A stretch of DNA of 64,000 bases from an uncultured Oscillibacter sp. (GTDB taxonomy: Bacteria > Bacillota > Clostridia > Oscillospirales > Oscillospiraceae): contig CAJUDW010000011.1 of the NCBI GenBank assembly GCA_910584995.1, forward strand, positions 644 to 64,643. The letters run 5' to 3'. Position numbers and translations under genes: made by a program. The notes below the pieces were generated by a model, which saw only the letters and a list, made by a program, of their open reading frames with translations, was not told where the DNA came from and made no database searches. This document shows positions 1 to 9,819 of this stretch, one piece after another (position 1 is the stretch's first letter; every line of letters starts with the position of its first letter).

Positions 1-2163
1 GGTCTTCAGCAGCAGGGACAGATCCATGGGCTTGAACAGATGGGCGTCAATGCCGCTCTCCTTGGACTTCTGCTGATCCTGCTCCATCACATTGGCCGAC
101 AGGGCGATGATAGGGACCCTGGCAAGTTCCGGATCCGGCAGGGCCCGGATAGCCATGGAGGTCTGCCAGCCGTCCATCACCGGCATCTGCAAATCCATGA
201 GGATCAGATCGTAGTCCCCCGGGGCGGCGGCCTTCATCTTCTCCAGAGCCACCCTTCCGTCCTCAGCCGGGTCGATGTCGAAGCCCAGCTTGCTGAGCAG
301 TTCCATTTCGATCTCCCGGTTGATTTCGTTGTCCTCCACCAGCAGAATCCGCTGGGCCTCCTTTTCGGAGGCAGCTATCTCCCCCTTGGGGGCAAGGGGC
401 TGGAGCCGGAGGGTGATAGTGGCGGTAAATGTGCTGCCCTTGCCCACCTCGCTCTGGACACTGATGGTACCCCCCATCATGCTTACGATATTCTTGGCGA
501 TGGTCAGGCCCAGGCCCATACCGTGGACGCCGCTGAGGGTGGAGTTCTTCTCCCGTGCAAAGGGCTCAAAAATCCGGTTCAGAAACTCCGGGCTGATACC
601 GATACCGGTATCGGACACCACCAGGCGGTAAACCGCGTAATTGTTGGCCAGTTCCTCTTCCTCCGTCAGGACGACGGAGACCCGGCCGCCGGGATTGGTA
701 TAGGTCAGGGCATTGTTGGCCAGGTAAAGGACCAGCTGCCGCAGCTTTTCCTGATCGGCGTACACGGCACTGTGGTGGATTCCGCCGCAGTCCAGCGTCA
801 GGGCAATATCCTTCTCCCTGGCCTTGGCCCGCAGGAAGTCGCCTCCCTTCTCCAGGGTCTCCCGCAGGTCGCACTCCGTTTCCTCCAAAACCCCCTCGCC
901 GGACTGGGATGAGAATTCCAGCACCTTGTCAATCATCTCCAGAAGCTGGCGGCTGGCTGTCTCCACCCGGCCCAGGTAATCCTTGGCCTCCTCCGGATTG
1001 CCGAGGTTCAGCTTCGCAAGGGAGGTAAACCCGAAAATGGCGTGAAGGGGCGTCCGCATGTCGTGGGACATGTTGGAGAGGAAGGTGTTCTTGCTGGTAA
1101 TCGCCAGGTTCGCCTTTGTCAGGGCCTCCGCCAGCAGGGACTGCTGCTCCATTTGCTTTTGGATTTCCTCGTCCACCCGGCGGTAACCCAGCACCACCTC
1201 CCGGACGTGCTCCCCGGCGCCTACGTTGACGGTCCGCAGTTGAATATACTGGAGTTCGCCGTCCACCAGGACCCGGTAGTTAAAGTAGTATGTCTGGACA
1301 TCCGACAGCCGCTTCCGGATGTAGTCCGGCGCGGTGGCCGAAGCCACGGTCTCCCGCTCCTCCGGATGGACCCATCTGTCCACGTATTCCTCCACATAGC
1401 GGGTATAGGGGAGCACCCGCAGGCAGCCGCCGAACAAGGGGCCGGTCCGGCAGCTGAGCCGGTAGGGCACAATCTGATCCCTGTCCAGATCCACATAGCA
1501 GATGGACTCGTAGTTCACGCTGAGGCCCTCGATGACCTCCAGCTGCCGCAGGTACTCCTGGTTGATGAGGCTCCGCTCCTTGTCATACTCCTGGATCAGG
1601 TGCTGGATTTTCTGCTCCTTTTCCAGTTTTTCGTTAACAAGGCGGGCCTTTTCCCGCAGGATCCGTTCCCGCTTTTCCGTAGCGTCCCCAAGGAAGACAT
1701 AGAAGATGTCCCCCATGGTATCACTGTGTACAAAGTGGCCGTAATCCTCAATCCAGCGGATGGAACCGTCCTTCCGGCGAATGCGGTATTCCACGTAATC
1801 CAGATCATAGCGGCTGGAGGTAATCTGCCGCCAGATGCTCTCCTCCACTTCCTCCAGTTCCTCCGGATGGACAATGCCCCGGAAGGAGTTCCCGGTCCAC
1901 TCCCGGAATTCCTCCATGGTCTCGCACTGGAAGATACGGAGCAGGCCCCGGTTGGCGTAGATAATCTCCTCGTCCCGGTCCGCGTGATAGATCAGGAATC
2001 CCCCGGGCATTTCGTCCATAAAATAGGCGAATGCGCTGGTCAGGCCGTCTTCCTTTCCCGCCTCTCCGCCGGGTGTCTCCTGCAGGCCGCCGGACTCCTG
2101 CCGGGACCACAGCATCCGCAGGATTTGTTCAATCAGATAACGTCCATGCTCTTGCTCGCTCAT
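1..2163 (-). CDS. Hybrid sensor histidine kinase/response regulator with PAS domains (3' end runs off the window)
   Basis: Not in the ORF track; translated by hand from ATG 2163 (MSEQEHGRYLIEQ...). Contains PAS-like segments (IVHPEE...YVEYRIRRKDGSIRW), H-box FLSNMSHDMRTPL, G-boxes GMGLGL and GKGSTFT, and a receiver domain RILLVEDNEIN...YDLILMDLQMPVMDG. Frame stays open to base 1. Confidence 0.9.
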   Translation of the reverse strand, partial: MSEQEHGRYLIEQILRMLWSRQESGGLQETPGGEAGKEDGLTSAFAYFMDEMPGGFLIYHADRDEEIIYANRGLLRIFQCETMEEFREWTGNSFRGIVHPEELEEVEESIWRQITSSRYDLDYVEYRIRRKDGSIRWIEDYGHFVHSDTMGDIFYVFLGDATEKRERILREKARLVNEKLEKEQKIQHLIQEYDKERSLINQEYLRQLEVIEGLSVNYESICYVDLDRDQIVPYRLSCRTGPLFGGCLRVLPYTRYVEEYVDRWVHPEERETVASATAPDYIRKRLSDVQTYYFNYRVLVDGELQYIQLRTVNVGAGEHVREVVLGYRRVDEEIQKQMEQQSLLAEALTKANLAITSKNTFLSNMSHDMRTPLHAIFGFTSLAKLNLGNPEEAKDYLGRVETASRQLLEMIDKVLEFSSQSGEGVLEETECDLRETLEKGGDFLRAKAREKDIALTLDCGGIHHSAVYADQEKLRQLVLYLANNALTYTNPGGRVSVVLTEEEELANNYAVYRLVVSDTGIGISPEFLNRIFEPFAREKNSTLSGVHGMGLGLTIAKNIVSMMGGTISVQSEVGKGSTFTATITLRLQPLAPKGEIAASEKEAQRILLVEDNEINREIEMELLSKLGFDIDPAEDGRVALEKMKAAAPGDYDLILMDLQMPVMDGWQTSMAIRALPDPELARVPIIALSANVMEQDQQKSKESGIDAHLFKPMDLSLLLKT

Positions 2164-2322
2164 GACGGTATCCCTCCCCCCTGTCCTGAGGAAAAATTTT
2201 ATCATAAAAAAAGGAATTTGTCATTAGATCAACAAAAAGATTTTTATTTTTTCCTATTTTTTTATGTAATCCGCTCTTCTTCCCCGGCAAACCCTTCCGG
2301 CAGTCTGCAGTCCGGCGGGTAT

Positions 2323-3024
2323 TTACCAACGATCCGTCCAGGAAACGACGCCGCCGCCCTCCGCGAAGGGCTCCGGCACGGCATCCTCACCCAGCATCTC
2401 CGCCCGGATGGCCGCGGAGCGGTCCGGCACAGTGTCCGGGCCGTATCCGGCAAAGGCATGGCTGTCCATAAGGATCGCCCCCACCCGTTCCATGTCCGCC
2501 AGGTTGGCCCGCTGGATCTCCTCCGTCTGAGAGGAGCAGCAGTCTGTGAGGACAACCGTGTTGTATTCCAGGGCGATGGCGTCGTAGCAGGTGGTACGGA
2601 TGCAGTTAGGGGTGGTGGTGCCTGCCAGCAGGACCGTGCGCACGTCCAGCCGCCGGAGGATCAGATCCAGTTCCGTCTGGAAAAAGGCGCTCCACCGGGG
2701 CTTGATGATGGTATAGTCCCCGGGCTTGGGCCGCAGGGCCTCCGGGGCCTGGGCGCTGTTGAGGCCCTGGGAGCCGGGGGTACAGGCCCGGCCTCCCGCC
2801 TTCCAGCCGGCGTAGCGGGTCAGTTCCACATCGCTGCCGTCAGACCGGTAAATCCGTTTGACAAAAAACACGGGGATCCCTTTGTCTCTCGCCAGATCCA
2901 GTGCCTGGGCGCAGGCGGGAACCGTGGCTGCGGCGCCCCGGATGCAGTGCCCCCCCTGGGGGTCTACAAAGCCGCTCTCCATATCAATGAGCAGAAGAGC
3001 GGAACGGGTGGGATTCGGTTTCAT
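2323..3024 (-). CDS. Isochorismatase-family cysteine hydrolase
   Basis: ALLLIDM, IIKPRWSAFFQTELDLILR and GTTTPNCIRTT give the D-K-C triad; AGGAGG RBS. Confidence 0.88.
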   Translation of the reverse strand: MKPNPTRSALLLIDMESGFVDPQGGHCIRGAAATVPACAQALDLARDKGIPVFFVKRIYRSDGSDVELTRYAGWKAGGRACTPGSQGLNSAQAPEALRPKPGDYTIIKPRWSAFFQTELDLILRRLDVRTVLLAGTTTPNCIRTTCYDAIALEYNTVVLTDCCSSQTEEIQRANLADMERVGAILMDSHAFAGYGPDTVPDRSAAIRAEMLGEDAVPEPFAEGGGVVSWTDRW

Positions 3025-3038
3025 GCTGCTGCCTCCTT

Positions 3039-3872
3039 TTAAAGCAAACCTTCTGTTTTTTGAAACACATGGATGCGGAACGAGATCCGGACGGACAGGG
3101 TTTCCAGGGCCGCCAGCCGCTCCGATCCGCTTTTTGGGGTCTTCCAGTAATAGGGGGTCATTTGGAACAGGTTCCGGATGTCCTCCGGGCTCTCCAGGGC
3201 AGCGCGGCCCTCCACCGGGAGGATGGTCTCATAGGCGAAGCCCGGGTAAGGGGTCTCCTTCTCCTCATTGGGATAGGGCCGGTCGTAGAGGGCCTGCTTC
3301 AGTTCCCACAAGTGATCCGGCCCCGGCACCACGTAGAAAAACCGTCCCCCCGGCCGCAGGACCCGGCGGAACTCCTCCAGCGCCAGGGGGGAGAAGCAGT
3401 CCAGCAGCAGATCCAGGGAGCCGTCCCCCAGCGGCAGGCGGTAGGAGGAAGCCACAGCGAATTCCACGCCTTTCTCCCGCTTCGCCGCCGCCCGGAGGAT
3501 GGCCTTGGAGATATCGATCCCCGCCGCGCGGGGCTCCCGGCCCGCCTCCAGCAGGGCGCGGAAGACGCCGGAAGTGTAATAGCCCTCGCCGCAGCCTGCA
3601 TCCAGCACCGCCGGGGCGGGGCAGGTGCGATCCAGCGCCAGCCCCTGCAGGGCCTCCAGCAGCGGGCGGTAATAGCCCTTGGAAAGGAAGGCCCGCCGGG
3701 CTGCCGCCATCCCCTTATCGTCGCCGGGATCGGCGGAGTGCTTCCGGTTGGGGGGCAGCAGGTAGGTATAGCCCTCCCGGGCAATGTCATAGCTGTGGCC
3801 CCGGGGGCAGAGATAGGCCCGTAAGCCCCGCTCCAGGGGCTCCCCGCAGACGGGGCAGCAAAAAAGGCTCAT
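3039..3872 (-). CDS. RlmA-like 23S rRNA m1G methyltransferase
   Basis: Start MSLFCCPVCG overlaps the MATE stop (ATGA). Zn finger CPVC...C.RGHSYD.AREGY, SAM motif LDAGCGEGYY, C-terminal MTPYYW. Confidence 0.85.
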   Translation of the reverse strand: MSLFCCPVCGEPLERGLRAYLCPRGHSYDIAREGYTYLLPPNRKHSADPGDDKGMAAARRAFLSKGYYRPLLEALQGLALDRTCPAPAVLDAGCGEGYYTSGVFRALLEAGREPRAAGIDISKAILRAAAKREKGVEFAVASSYRLPLGDGSLDLLLDCFSPLALEEFRRVLRPGGRFFYVVPGPDHLWELKQALYDRPYPNEEKETPYPGFAYETILPVEGRAALESPEDIRNLFQMTPYYWKTPKSGSERLAALETLSVRISFRIHVFQKTEGLL

Positions 3873-5257
3873 CCCTCCCGCCCCTTTGTCACATCGTGTA
3901 TCCACTTCCCGTCCCGAATCCGCCAGGCGCAGAGGGGCACCTTTAGGCAGCTCTCCAGCTGCATGGCAATGGCAATCGGCCAGCAGCCCAGCTTGAACAC
4001 CAGGGCGAACAGCGCCGTAACCGGCAGCGCCACAAACCACTGGGGGAGCAGATCCAGTGCGGTGGCCCAGTTCACATCCCCGCCGGAGCGGAGAACGCCG
4101 GTGACAGCGGAGATGGCGTAGGCATGGAGGGGGATACTGGCAAATCCCGTGGCCGCCATGGCGGCGGCAATGGCGGCAGACTCCCCGTAGAGTTTGAAGA
4201 GGGGGAAGATCACCGGCACAAACAGCACCGGCACCAGGATCAGGGCGCACACGGCGATGCCCCCGCCCACCAGCACGGCAAACAGCAGCAGCGAGCGGCT
4301 GAGGGCCATCACCTGCTCCCGGCTCCGGCCCTCGCCGATGGCTTTCCCCACCAGCACCCCCGTGGCGGCGCCCAGGCCGAAGCAGACCACCAGGAACAAG
4401 CGGTTCAGGTTGCCGATGACGGCGTTGGCCGCCAGCATTTCCACGGAGTTGTCCGTATAGCCCAGGATTACTGTCAGCAGGGAGTTGCCCATGCCCCAGA
4501 CGGCCTCGTTGAGGATCACCGGGGAGGAATAGCGGAGGAACCGGCGGACCATCTCCCGCCCGGGCCGGAAGAAAAGGCCCAGATCCAGGGGGATTTTCCG
4601 GCTCCGGAGGGCGCAGAAGGCGCAGATCAGGAACTCCGACACCCGGGCCAGCAGGGTGGCCACAGCCGCACCCTCCACACCCAGGGCGGGAAAACCGCAC
4701 CGGCCAAAGATGAAAAGATAGTTAAGTCCCGTATTCAGCAGGGTGGAAAAGCCGAAGACCAGCATACCGAAATTGGGGTTCTCCACACTCCGCTGGGCGC
4801 TGGCATAGATGGAGGAGAGCATGTTGAACACATAGGAAAAGCCGATGACCCGCAGATAGGGCGCGCCCAGAAGGCTCCTCTCATGGCTGTTGGAGAGCAG
4901 GTCCATCACCTGCACGGGGAAGAGGAAGAACACCACCGCCAGCAGGCCCGTGATGGCCGTCCCCAGCAGGGCGGCCACGCCCAGCGCACGGCTGACGCTC
5001 TTCAGATCCCCTCTGCCCCAGTATTGGCTCACCAGGATCCCCAGGCCGCTCTGGACACCGAAGACGACGCTCAGCAGCAGGAATACCGGCACGTTGGCGG
5101 TGCTGACGGCGGCCATCTCCTCATTGCCCAGGCGGCTGACCATGAAAGTGTCAATCAGGCCCAGGGAGAAGGTGATGAGGTTCTGCATAATCATGGGAAG
5201 GGACAGCTTCCAGAGCCTCGGATAAAAGCCCGGCTCCCGGCGAAGAGAACGAAACAT
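3869..5257 (-). CDS. MATE family efflux transporter
   Basis: LSLPMIMQNLITFSLGLIDTFMVSRLG, about 12 hydrophobic segments, N..LNYLFIFG..G.PALGVEGAAVAT; ATG 5257 follows AAAGGA. Confidence 0.92.
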   Translation of the reverse strand: MFRSLRREPGFYPRLWKLSLPMIMQNLITFSLGLIDTFMVSRLGNEEMAAVSTANVPVFLLLSVVFGVQSGLGILVSQYWGRGDLKSVSRALGVAALLGTAITGLLAVVFFLFPVQVMDLLSNSHERSLLGAPYLRVIGFSYVFNMLSSIYASAQRSVENPNFGMLVFGFSTLLNTGLNYLFIFGRCGFPALGVEGAAVATLLARVSEFLICAFCALRSRKIPLDLGLFFRPGREMVRRFLRYSSPVILNEAVWGMGNSLLTVILGYTDNSVEMLAANAVIGNLNRLFLVVCFGLGAATGVLVGKAIGEGRSREQVMALSRSLLLFAVLVGGGIAVCALILVPVLFVPVIFPLFKLYGESAAIAAAMAATGFASIPLHAYAISAVTGVLRSGGDVNWATALDLLPQWFVALPVTALFALVFKLGCWPIAIAMQLESCLKVPLCAWRIRDGKWIHDVTKGREG

Positions 5258-5304
5258 AGCAAATCCTTTATCAAACAATTCTAAAATAAAAATTCCCTGC
5301 CCTG

Positions 5305-6438
5305 TCACAGCATAGGCATCCGGCTGTCGTGGTGCCGGCGGAGGGCCTGGACGCAGGCGTCAATGTCCTCCCGGGTGGTCTCCGGGCCGAAACTCAGGCG
5401 GATAACCCCGGCGGCAGTCCGCTTGGGCAGGCCCAGGGCGGCCACCACATGGCTGGGTTTGCCCTGGTGACAGGCGGAACCTGCGGAGATGCAGATATCC
5501 TGGGCCCCAAGATCGTTGACGATGTTCTGGCTGGGCCAGCCCCGCAGGGACGCCGCCAGGATATGGGGCGCCCCGCCGGCGCCAATCAGTTCCAGATCCG
5601 GCACGGCGGAAAGGGCCTCCCGGGCGTATGCCTTGACATCCGCCATGCGGGCAGTGGCCTCCGGGAGATCCGCCGTCCGCAGTTCCACCGCCTTGGCAAA
5701 CCCGGCTATCTGGGCGGTGGCCTCCGTACCGGCCCGCAGGCCCCCCTCCTGGCTACCGCCTGCCAGCAGCGGCTTGGGGTTCCGGACACGGGGCCCGATA
5801 TAGAGGGCCCCAATCCCCTTGGGCCCGCCAATTTTATGGGCGGAAATGGTGATGAAATCCGCTCCCAGGCCCTTGGCCTCCAGGGGGATCTTCAAAAAGC
5901 CCTGTACCGCGTCCGTATGAAGGAGCGCCTTCGGATTCCGTTCCCGGAGCCCCCGGGCGATCTCCGCCACGGGATAAACCGTGCCCAGTTCATTGTTCAC
6001 CAGCATCACGGACACCAATACCGTGTCCGGCCGGACGGCCTCCAGCACCCGTTCCGCCGGGATCTCCCCTGCAGCGTCCGGGGCAATATACGTTACCGTG
6101 AACCCCTGCCGCTCCAGCCATTTGCAGCTTTCCAGCACGGCGCTGTGCTCCACAGCGGTCGTAACCACATGGCGCCCCCCATGACGGTTCTGCCAGCAGG
6201 CGGCGGCAATGGCCCAGTTGTCCCCCTCCGTGCCGCAGGAGGTGAAGCGGAGTTCCGCCCCGGAACAGCCCAGGGCAGCGGCCACGGTCTCCCGCCAGCG
6301 CTCCACCTGCTTCTTCATCTCCAGGCCCATGGGGTACTGGGAACTGGGGTTGCCGAACTCCCCGGCCAGGACCTGGTACATGGCATCCGCCACCTCCCGG
6401 GGGACGGGGGTTGTGGCGGCGTGGTCTAAGTAAATCAT
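5305..6438 (-). CDS. Cysteine desulfurase (IscS/NifS family)
   Basis: MIYLDHAATT, FTSCGTEGDN, HTDAVQ, SAHKIGGPKG (PLP Lys), SAGSAC (catalytic Cys). Confidence 0.93.
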   Translation of the reverse strand: MIYLDHAATTPVPREVADAMYQVLAGEFGNPSSQYPMGLEMKKQVERWRETVAAALGCSGAELRFTSCGTEGDNWAIAAACWQNRHGGRHVVTTAVEHSAVLESCKWLERQGFTVTYIAPDAAGEIPAERVLEAVRPDTVLVSVMLVNNELGTVYPVAEIARGLRERNPKALLHTDAVQGFLKIPLEAKGLGADFITISAHKIGGPKGIGALYIGPRVRNPKPLLAGGSQEGGLRAGTEATAQIAGFAKAVELRTADLPEATARMADVKAYAREALSAVPDLELIGAGGAPHILAASLRGWPSQNIVNDLGAQDICISAGSACHQGKPSHVVAALGLPKRTAAGVIRLSFGPETTREDIDACVQALRRHHDSRMPML

Positions 6439-6623
6439 GGAAAAACTCCTCTCCCGATCCCCGGGCGGCACGCAGGCAGGCGTCTTTGGAAAACAGGGGG
6501 CTTGCCCTGTCCGGAAATCCAAGGTATAATACATGTGTTTCCGCCCTGCGGCCCCGTTTGGGGAATACGCCGGGCAGGCCTGATTATTATACAGACATTT
6601 CCGAAAAAGCGCAAGGAGATTTC

Positions 6624-7913
6624 ATGAAAGTTGCCATTTATACCTTGGGCTGCAAGGTAAACCAGTACGAGACCCAGGCCATGGAGCAGCTCCTCCGGGA
6701 GAGGGGCCACCAGGTGGTGGATTTCTCCCAGGAGGCAGATGCCTACGTGGTGAATACCTGCTCCGTCACGGCGGTCAGCGACCAGAAGTCCCGGCAGATG
6801 ATCCGCCATATCCGGCGGCAGCGGCCCGGGGCCGTGGTGGCCGTGTGCGGCTGCTATCCCCAGACCCACGCCGCGGATATGGAGAAGCTGGACGTGGATC
6901 TGGTCTCCGGTACCGGGGACCGCTTGGGGTTCCTGGATCTGCTGGAACAGGCGGGCCAATCCCGGCTGGAGGCCCTGGATCGCGCCTTTGACCGCCGCGC
7001 CTTTGAGATCCTCCCCGCCGGGGGGCTGGAAAACCGGACCCGGGCCATGCTGAAGGTGGAGGACGGCTGCGTCAATTTCTGTTCCTACTGCATCATCCCC
7101 TACGCCCGGGGCCCTGTCCGTTCCCTGCCTCTGGATCGGGCGGCGGAACAGGCGGAGGGGCTGGCGGAAGCCGGCTACCGGGAGATTGTCCTGACGGGCA
7201 TTGAGATCTCCTCCTGGGGCAGGGATCTGAAAACCGGCGAGACCCTGGCGGATCTGGCGGAGGCCGTGTCCCGGGCGGCCCCCGGCGTCCGCATCCGGCT
7301 GGGAAGCCTGGAGCCCCGGACGGTGACGGAGGAATTCTGCCGCCGCTGCCGGGCCCTGCCGGATCTCTGCCCCCAGTTCCACCTGTCCCTCCAGAGCGGC
7401 TGCGCCGGAACCCTCCGGCGGATGAACCGGAAGTACGATCCCACCCGGTTCCTGGAGTCCGTTACCCTCCTGCACCGCTGGTTTGACCGGCCTGCCGTCA
7501 CCACGGATCTCATCACCGGGTTCCCGGGGGAAACGGAGGAGGAATTCGCCGAAACCCTGGCCTTTCTGGAAACCTGCGGCTTCGCCAAAGTCCACGTGTT
7601 CCCCTACTCCGTCCGCCCCGGGACACCGGCGGCAGAAATGCCCCAGGTGCCGGGGGACGTGAAGGCCCGGCGGGCCCGGGAGGCGGCGGCCGTGGCCGCG
7701 AAAACCCGGCGGGCGTATCTGGAAGGCTGCGTGGGGGCAGTGTATCCGGTCCTTTTCGAGCAGCCCCGGGAGGGCCGCTTCTCCGGCCACGCCCCCAATT
7801 ATATGGAAGTCCTGGCGGAGGGGGAAGATCTCCGCAACGCCGTGAAGAATGTCCGGATCACCGGGACGGACGGTGACGTACTCTTTGGGACAATTCTGGA
7901 GGATGACACATGA
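6624..7913 (+). CDS. mtaB: tRNA t6A37 methylthiotransferase
   Basis: TLGCKVNQYE, NTCSVT, radical SAM motif GCVNFCSYCIIPYARG, TRAM-like C-terminus; AAGGAG RBS; upstream TTGCCC-N17-TATAAT. Confidence 0.93.
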   Translation: MKVAIYTLGCKVNQYETQAMEQLLRERGHQVVDFSQEADAYVVNTCSVTAVSDQKSRQMIRHIRRQRPGAVVAVCGCYPQTHAADMEKLDVDLVSGTGDRLGFLDLLEQAGQSRLEALDRAFDRRAFEILPAGGLENRTRAMLKVEDGCVNFCSYCIIPYARGPVRSLPLDRAAEQAEGLAEAGYREIVLTGIEISSWGRDLKTGETLADLAEAVSRAAPGVRIRLGSLEPRTVTEEFCRRCRALPDLCPQFHLSLQSGCAGTLRRMNRKYDPTRFLESVTLLHRWFDRPAVTTDLITGFPGETEEEFAETLAFLETCGFAKVHVFPYSVRPGTPAAEMPQVPGDVKARRAREAAAVAAKTRRAYLEGCVGAVYPVLFEQPREGRFSGHAPNYMEVLAEGEDLRNAVKNVRITGTDGDVLFGTILEDDT

Positions 7914-8485
7914 AAAGCCACTTTTTCGCCTATATCTCCCGGATGCGCTTCATCCAGCGGTGGGCGCTGATGCGGAACACCGCCCCGGAAAATGTCCAGG
8001 AGCACAGCCACCAGGTGGCGGTCCTGGCCCACGCCCTGGCGGTAATCCGAAACGAAAAATTCGGCGGACACACAGACCCGGGGACCATAGCCGCCGCCGC
8101 CCTGTATCACGACGCCTCGGAAATCCTCACCGGGGACATGCCCACCCCCATCAAATATGACAACCCCGCCATCCGTAGTGCCTACAAGGAGGTGGAGGCG
8201 GTGGCGGAGGGGAAGCTTCTGGCCATGCTGCCGGAGGAACTGAGGGCCGTCTACACCCCCCTGCTGACCCAGATACCGCCGGAGACAGAGCGCCTGGTGA
8301 AAGCGGCGGACAAACTCTCCGCCTACATCAAGTGCGTGGAGGAACTGAAAGCCGGCAACGCGGAGTTCCGGGACGCCGCCGCCCAGACCCGGCAGGCCCT
8401 GGAGTCCTACGGCCTGCCGGAGGTGCAGTATTTCCTGGAGGTCTTCATGGACAGCTTCTCCCTGACCCTGGATCAGCTGAAATGA
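7910..8485 (+). CDS. yfbR: 5'-deoxynucleotidase, HD domain
   Basis: MKSHFFAYISRMRFIQRWALMRN, ENVQEHS, ALYHDASEILTGDMPTPIKY, VKAADKLSAYIKC. Confidence 0.92.
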   Translation: MKSHFFAYISRMRFIQRWALMRNTAPENVQEHSHQVAVLAHALAVIRNEKFGGHTDPGTIAAAALYHDASEILTGDMPTPIKYDNPAIRSAYKEVEAVAEGKLLAMLPEELRAVYTPLLTQIPPETERLVKAADKLSAYIKCVEELKAGNAEFRDAAAQTRQALESYGLPEVQYFLEVFMDSFSLTLDQLK

Positions 8486-8725
8486 GAACCGGTATCCACC
8501 GGCTGAGGATGCCGGATGGGGGAGGGTCTTCGCCGTCCCGCAAGGCAAAATCCCCATGGATACTTTGTGTATTGCAAGAATTTTTTATGGGTCAGGGCCG
8601 CAAAAGCCCCGCCCCGACGGCCTTTAACGCCTGTGGAGACAGGTTCTACAGCCTGCCCCTATCAAAAAAGCACCGCCCCGTCCGGCTATGCCGGGCAGGG
8701 CGATTTTTTACAGGCGGGCGGCGTC

Positions 8726-9436
8726 TCAGCCCCTCTCCTCCTGCTTGGCAGGCTCCCGGCTGTCCCGGGGATCCGGATCCCCGTCCAGCGTGACGAAATA
8801 GTCGTAAAAAGGCAGCAGGAAGCCGAAGCCCTGTTTAAGCCTCTCCAGAATGTCCCTGCTGAAAATCTCCTCCGTCAGCTTGTCCTCGTGAAGGATGGAG
8901 AAGGACTTGGCCCGGTACCAGGGCTCCAGCAGGGCCGAGGGGGCCGCGCCCCTGGGCTTTTTGTACTCCTCCACGGAGAGGCCGAACTCCTCCTGCCCCT
9001 CCAGGCGGCGCATCAGCTTCTCCATGGTCTCCGGATCCCGGGTAATCCTGGCCCGGAGTTTGGCCATGGTCAGGGGCTTTGGCAGGTAATAACCCATACC
9101 GCAACTCCAGCCGTCGGGGGCCAACTCAAACCAGAAGGTGGGTTTTGCCGTCCACTGTTCCGAGGGCTGCTCTACGGAAAACCAGAGGTGATCCTTGTAG
9201 GGCCCCCGTCCGTGGAGGCGGCGGGCGTCCCGGTAAATACGGGTGACCTTCCGGATAAGGCCGCAGTCCGGCCGCTCCTCCCGAAGATACGCGTACACCT
9301 CGTCCCCAAGTTCCCGCATAGGGTGATAAAAATGTTCCAAATAGATCTGCTTGTGGGCCTCAAACCAATCCCGCTCGTTGTTGAAGCGGATGCCCCACAT
9401 GAAATCCACCGTCTCGCCGGTAAAGCCTGTAAACAT
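8726..9436 (-). CDS. DUF2461 family protein
   Basis: FTGF...FMWGIRFNNERDWFEAHK and RIYRDARR...PYK, typical of DUF2461. Confidence 0.8.
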   Translation of the reverse strand: MFTGFTGETVDFMWGIRFNNERDWFEAHKQIYLEHFYHPMRELGDEVYAYLREERPDCGLIRKVTRIYRDARRLHGRGPYKDHLWFSVEQPSEQWTAKPTFWFELAPDGWSCGMGYYLPKPLTMAKLRARITRDPETMEKLMRRLEGQEEFGLSVEEYKKPRGAAPSALLEPWYRAKSFSILHEDKLTEEIFSRDILERLKQGFGFLLPFYDYFVTLDGDPDPRDSREPAKQEERG

Positions 9437-9613
9437 GGGTCCCTCCCTATCTCCCGGAATGGCCCCGCCCAAAATGGGGCCGTCGGGGTTCCGGACGCCC
9501 TGGAGAGTCTCCGGGGCTGCCGGTTAAGCAGAATCAAGATGATTCCGGAATGTAAAGCGGGCTCCCGGAAAACACACATGCGTTTCGCGGGCCCCGTCCC
9601 GCCGGTTGTCCAT

Positions 9614-9642
9614 ATCATAGCACAAAAAGGCGGCCCGGGCAA
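9614..9642 (-). promoter_or_regulatory. Sigma-A promoter upstream of the structured leader and DUF2461 gene
   Basis: TTGCCC-N17-TATGAT with an extended -10 TG. Confidence 0.6.
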
Positions 9643-9819
9643 CCATCCCGCTGCCACGAGCCCCGTCGGAAATGCGGACTGGACATCTACTGTGTGGAAT
9701 TTAATGTAATTTCGTGGAATTTATTGCAAATTTCGTCTCAGATGTGATATAATTGGTTCCTACAAAAACCGTCAGCCCCGCCAATCAGCCTGCAAGCGGA
9801 TGAGAAAGGAGCCGGAACG

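Noticed and set aside
3873..4700. Apparent 275-aa N-terminal extension of the RlmA-like ORF (similar extensions at 23629-25155 and 53088-54596)
   Set aside because: These are alternative frames of the overlapping upstream genes; the real starts show RBS or stop-start coupling.
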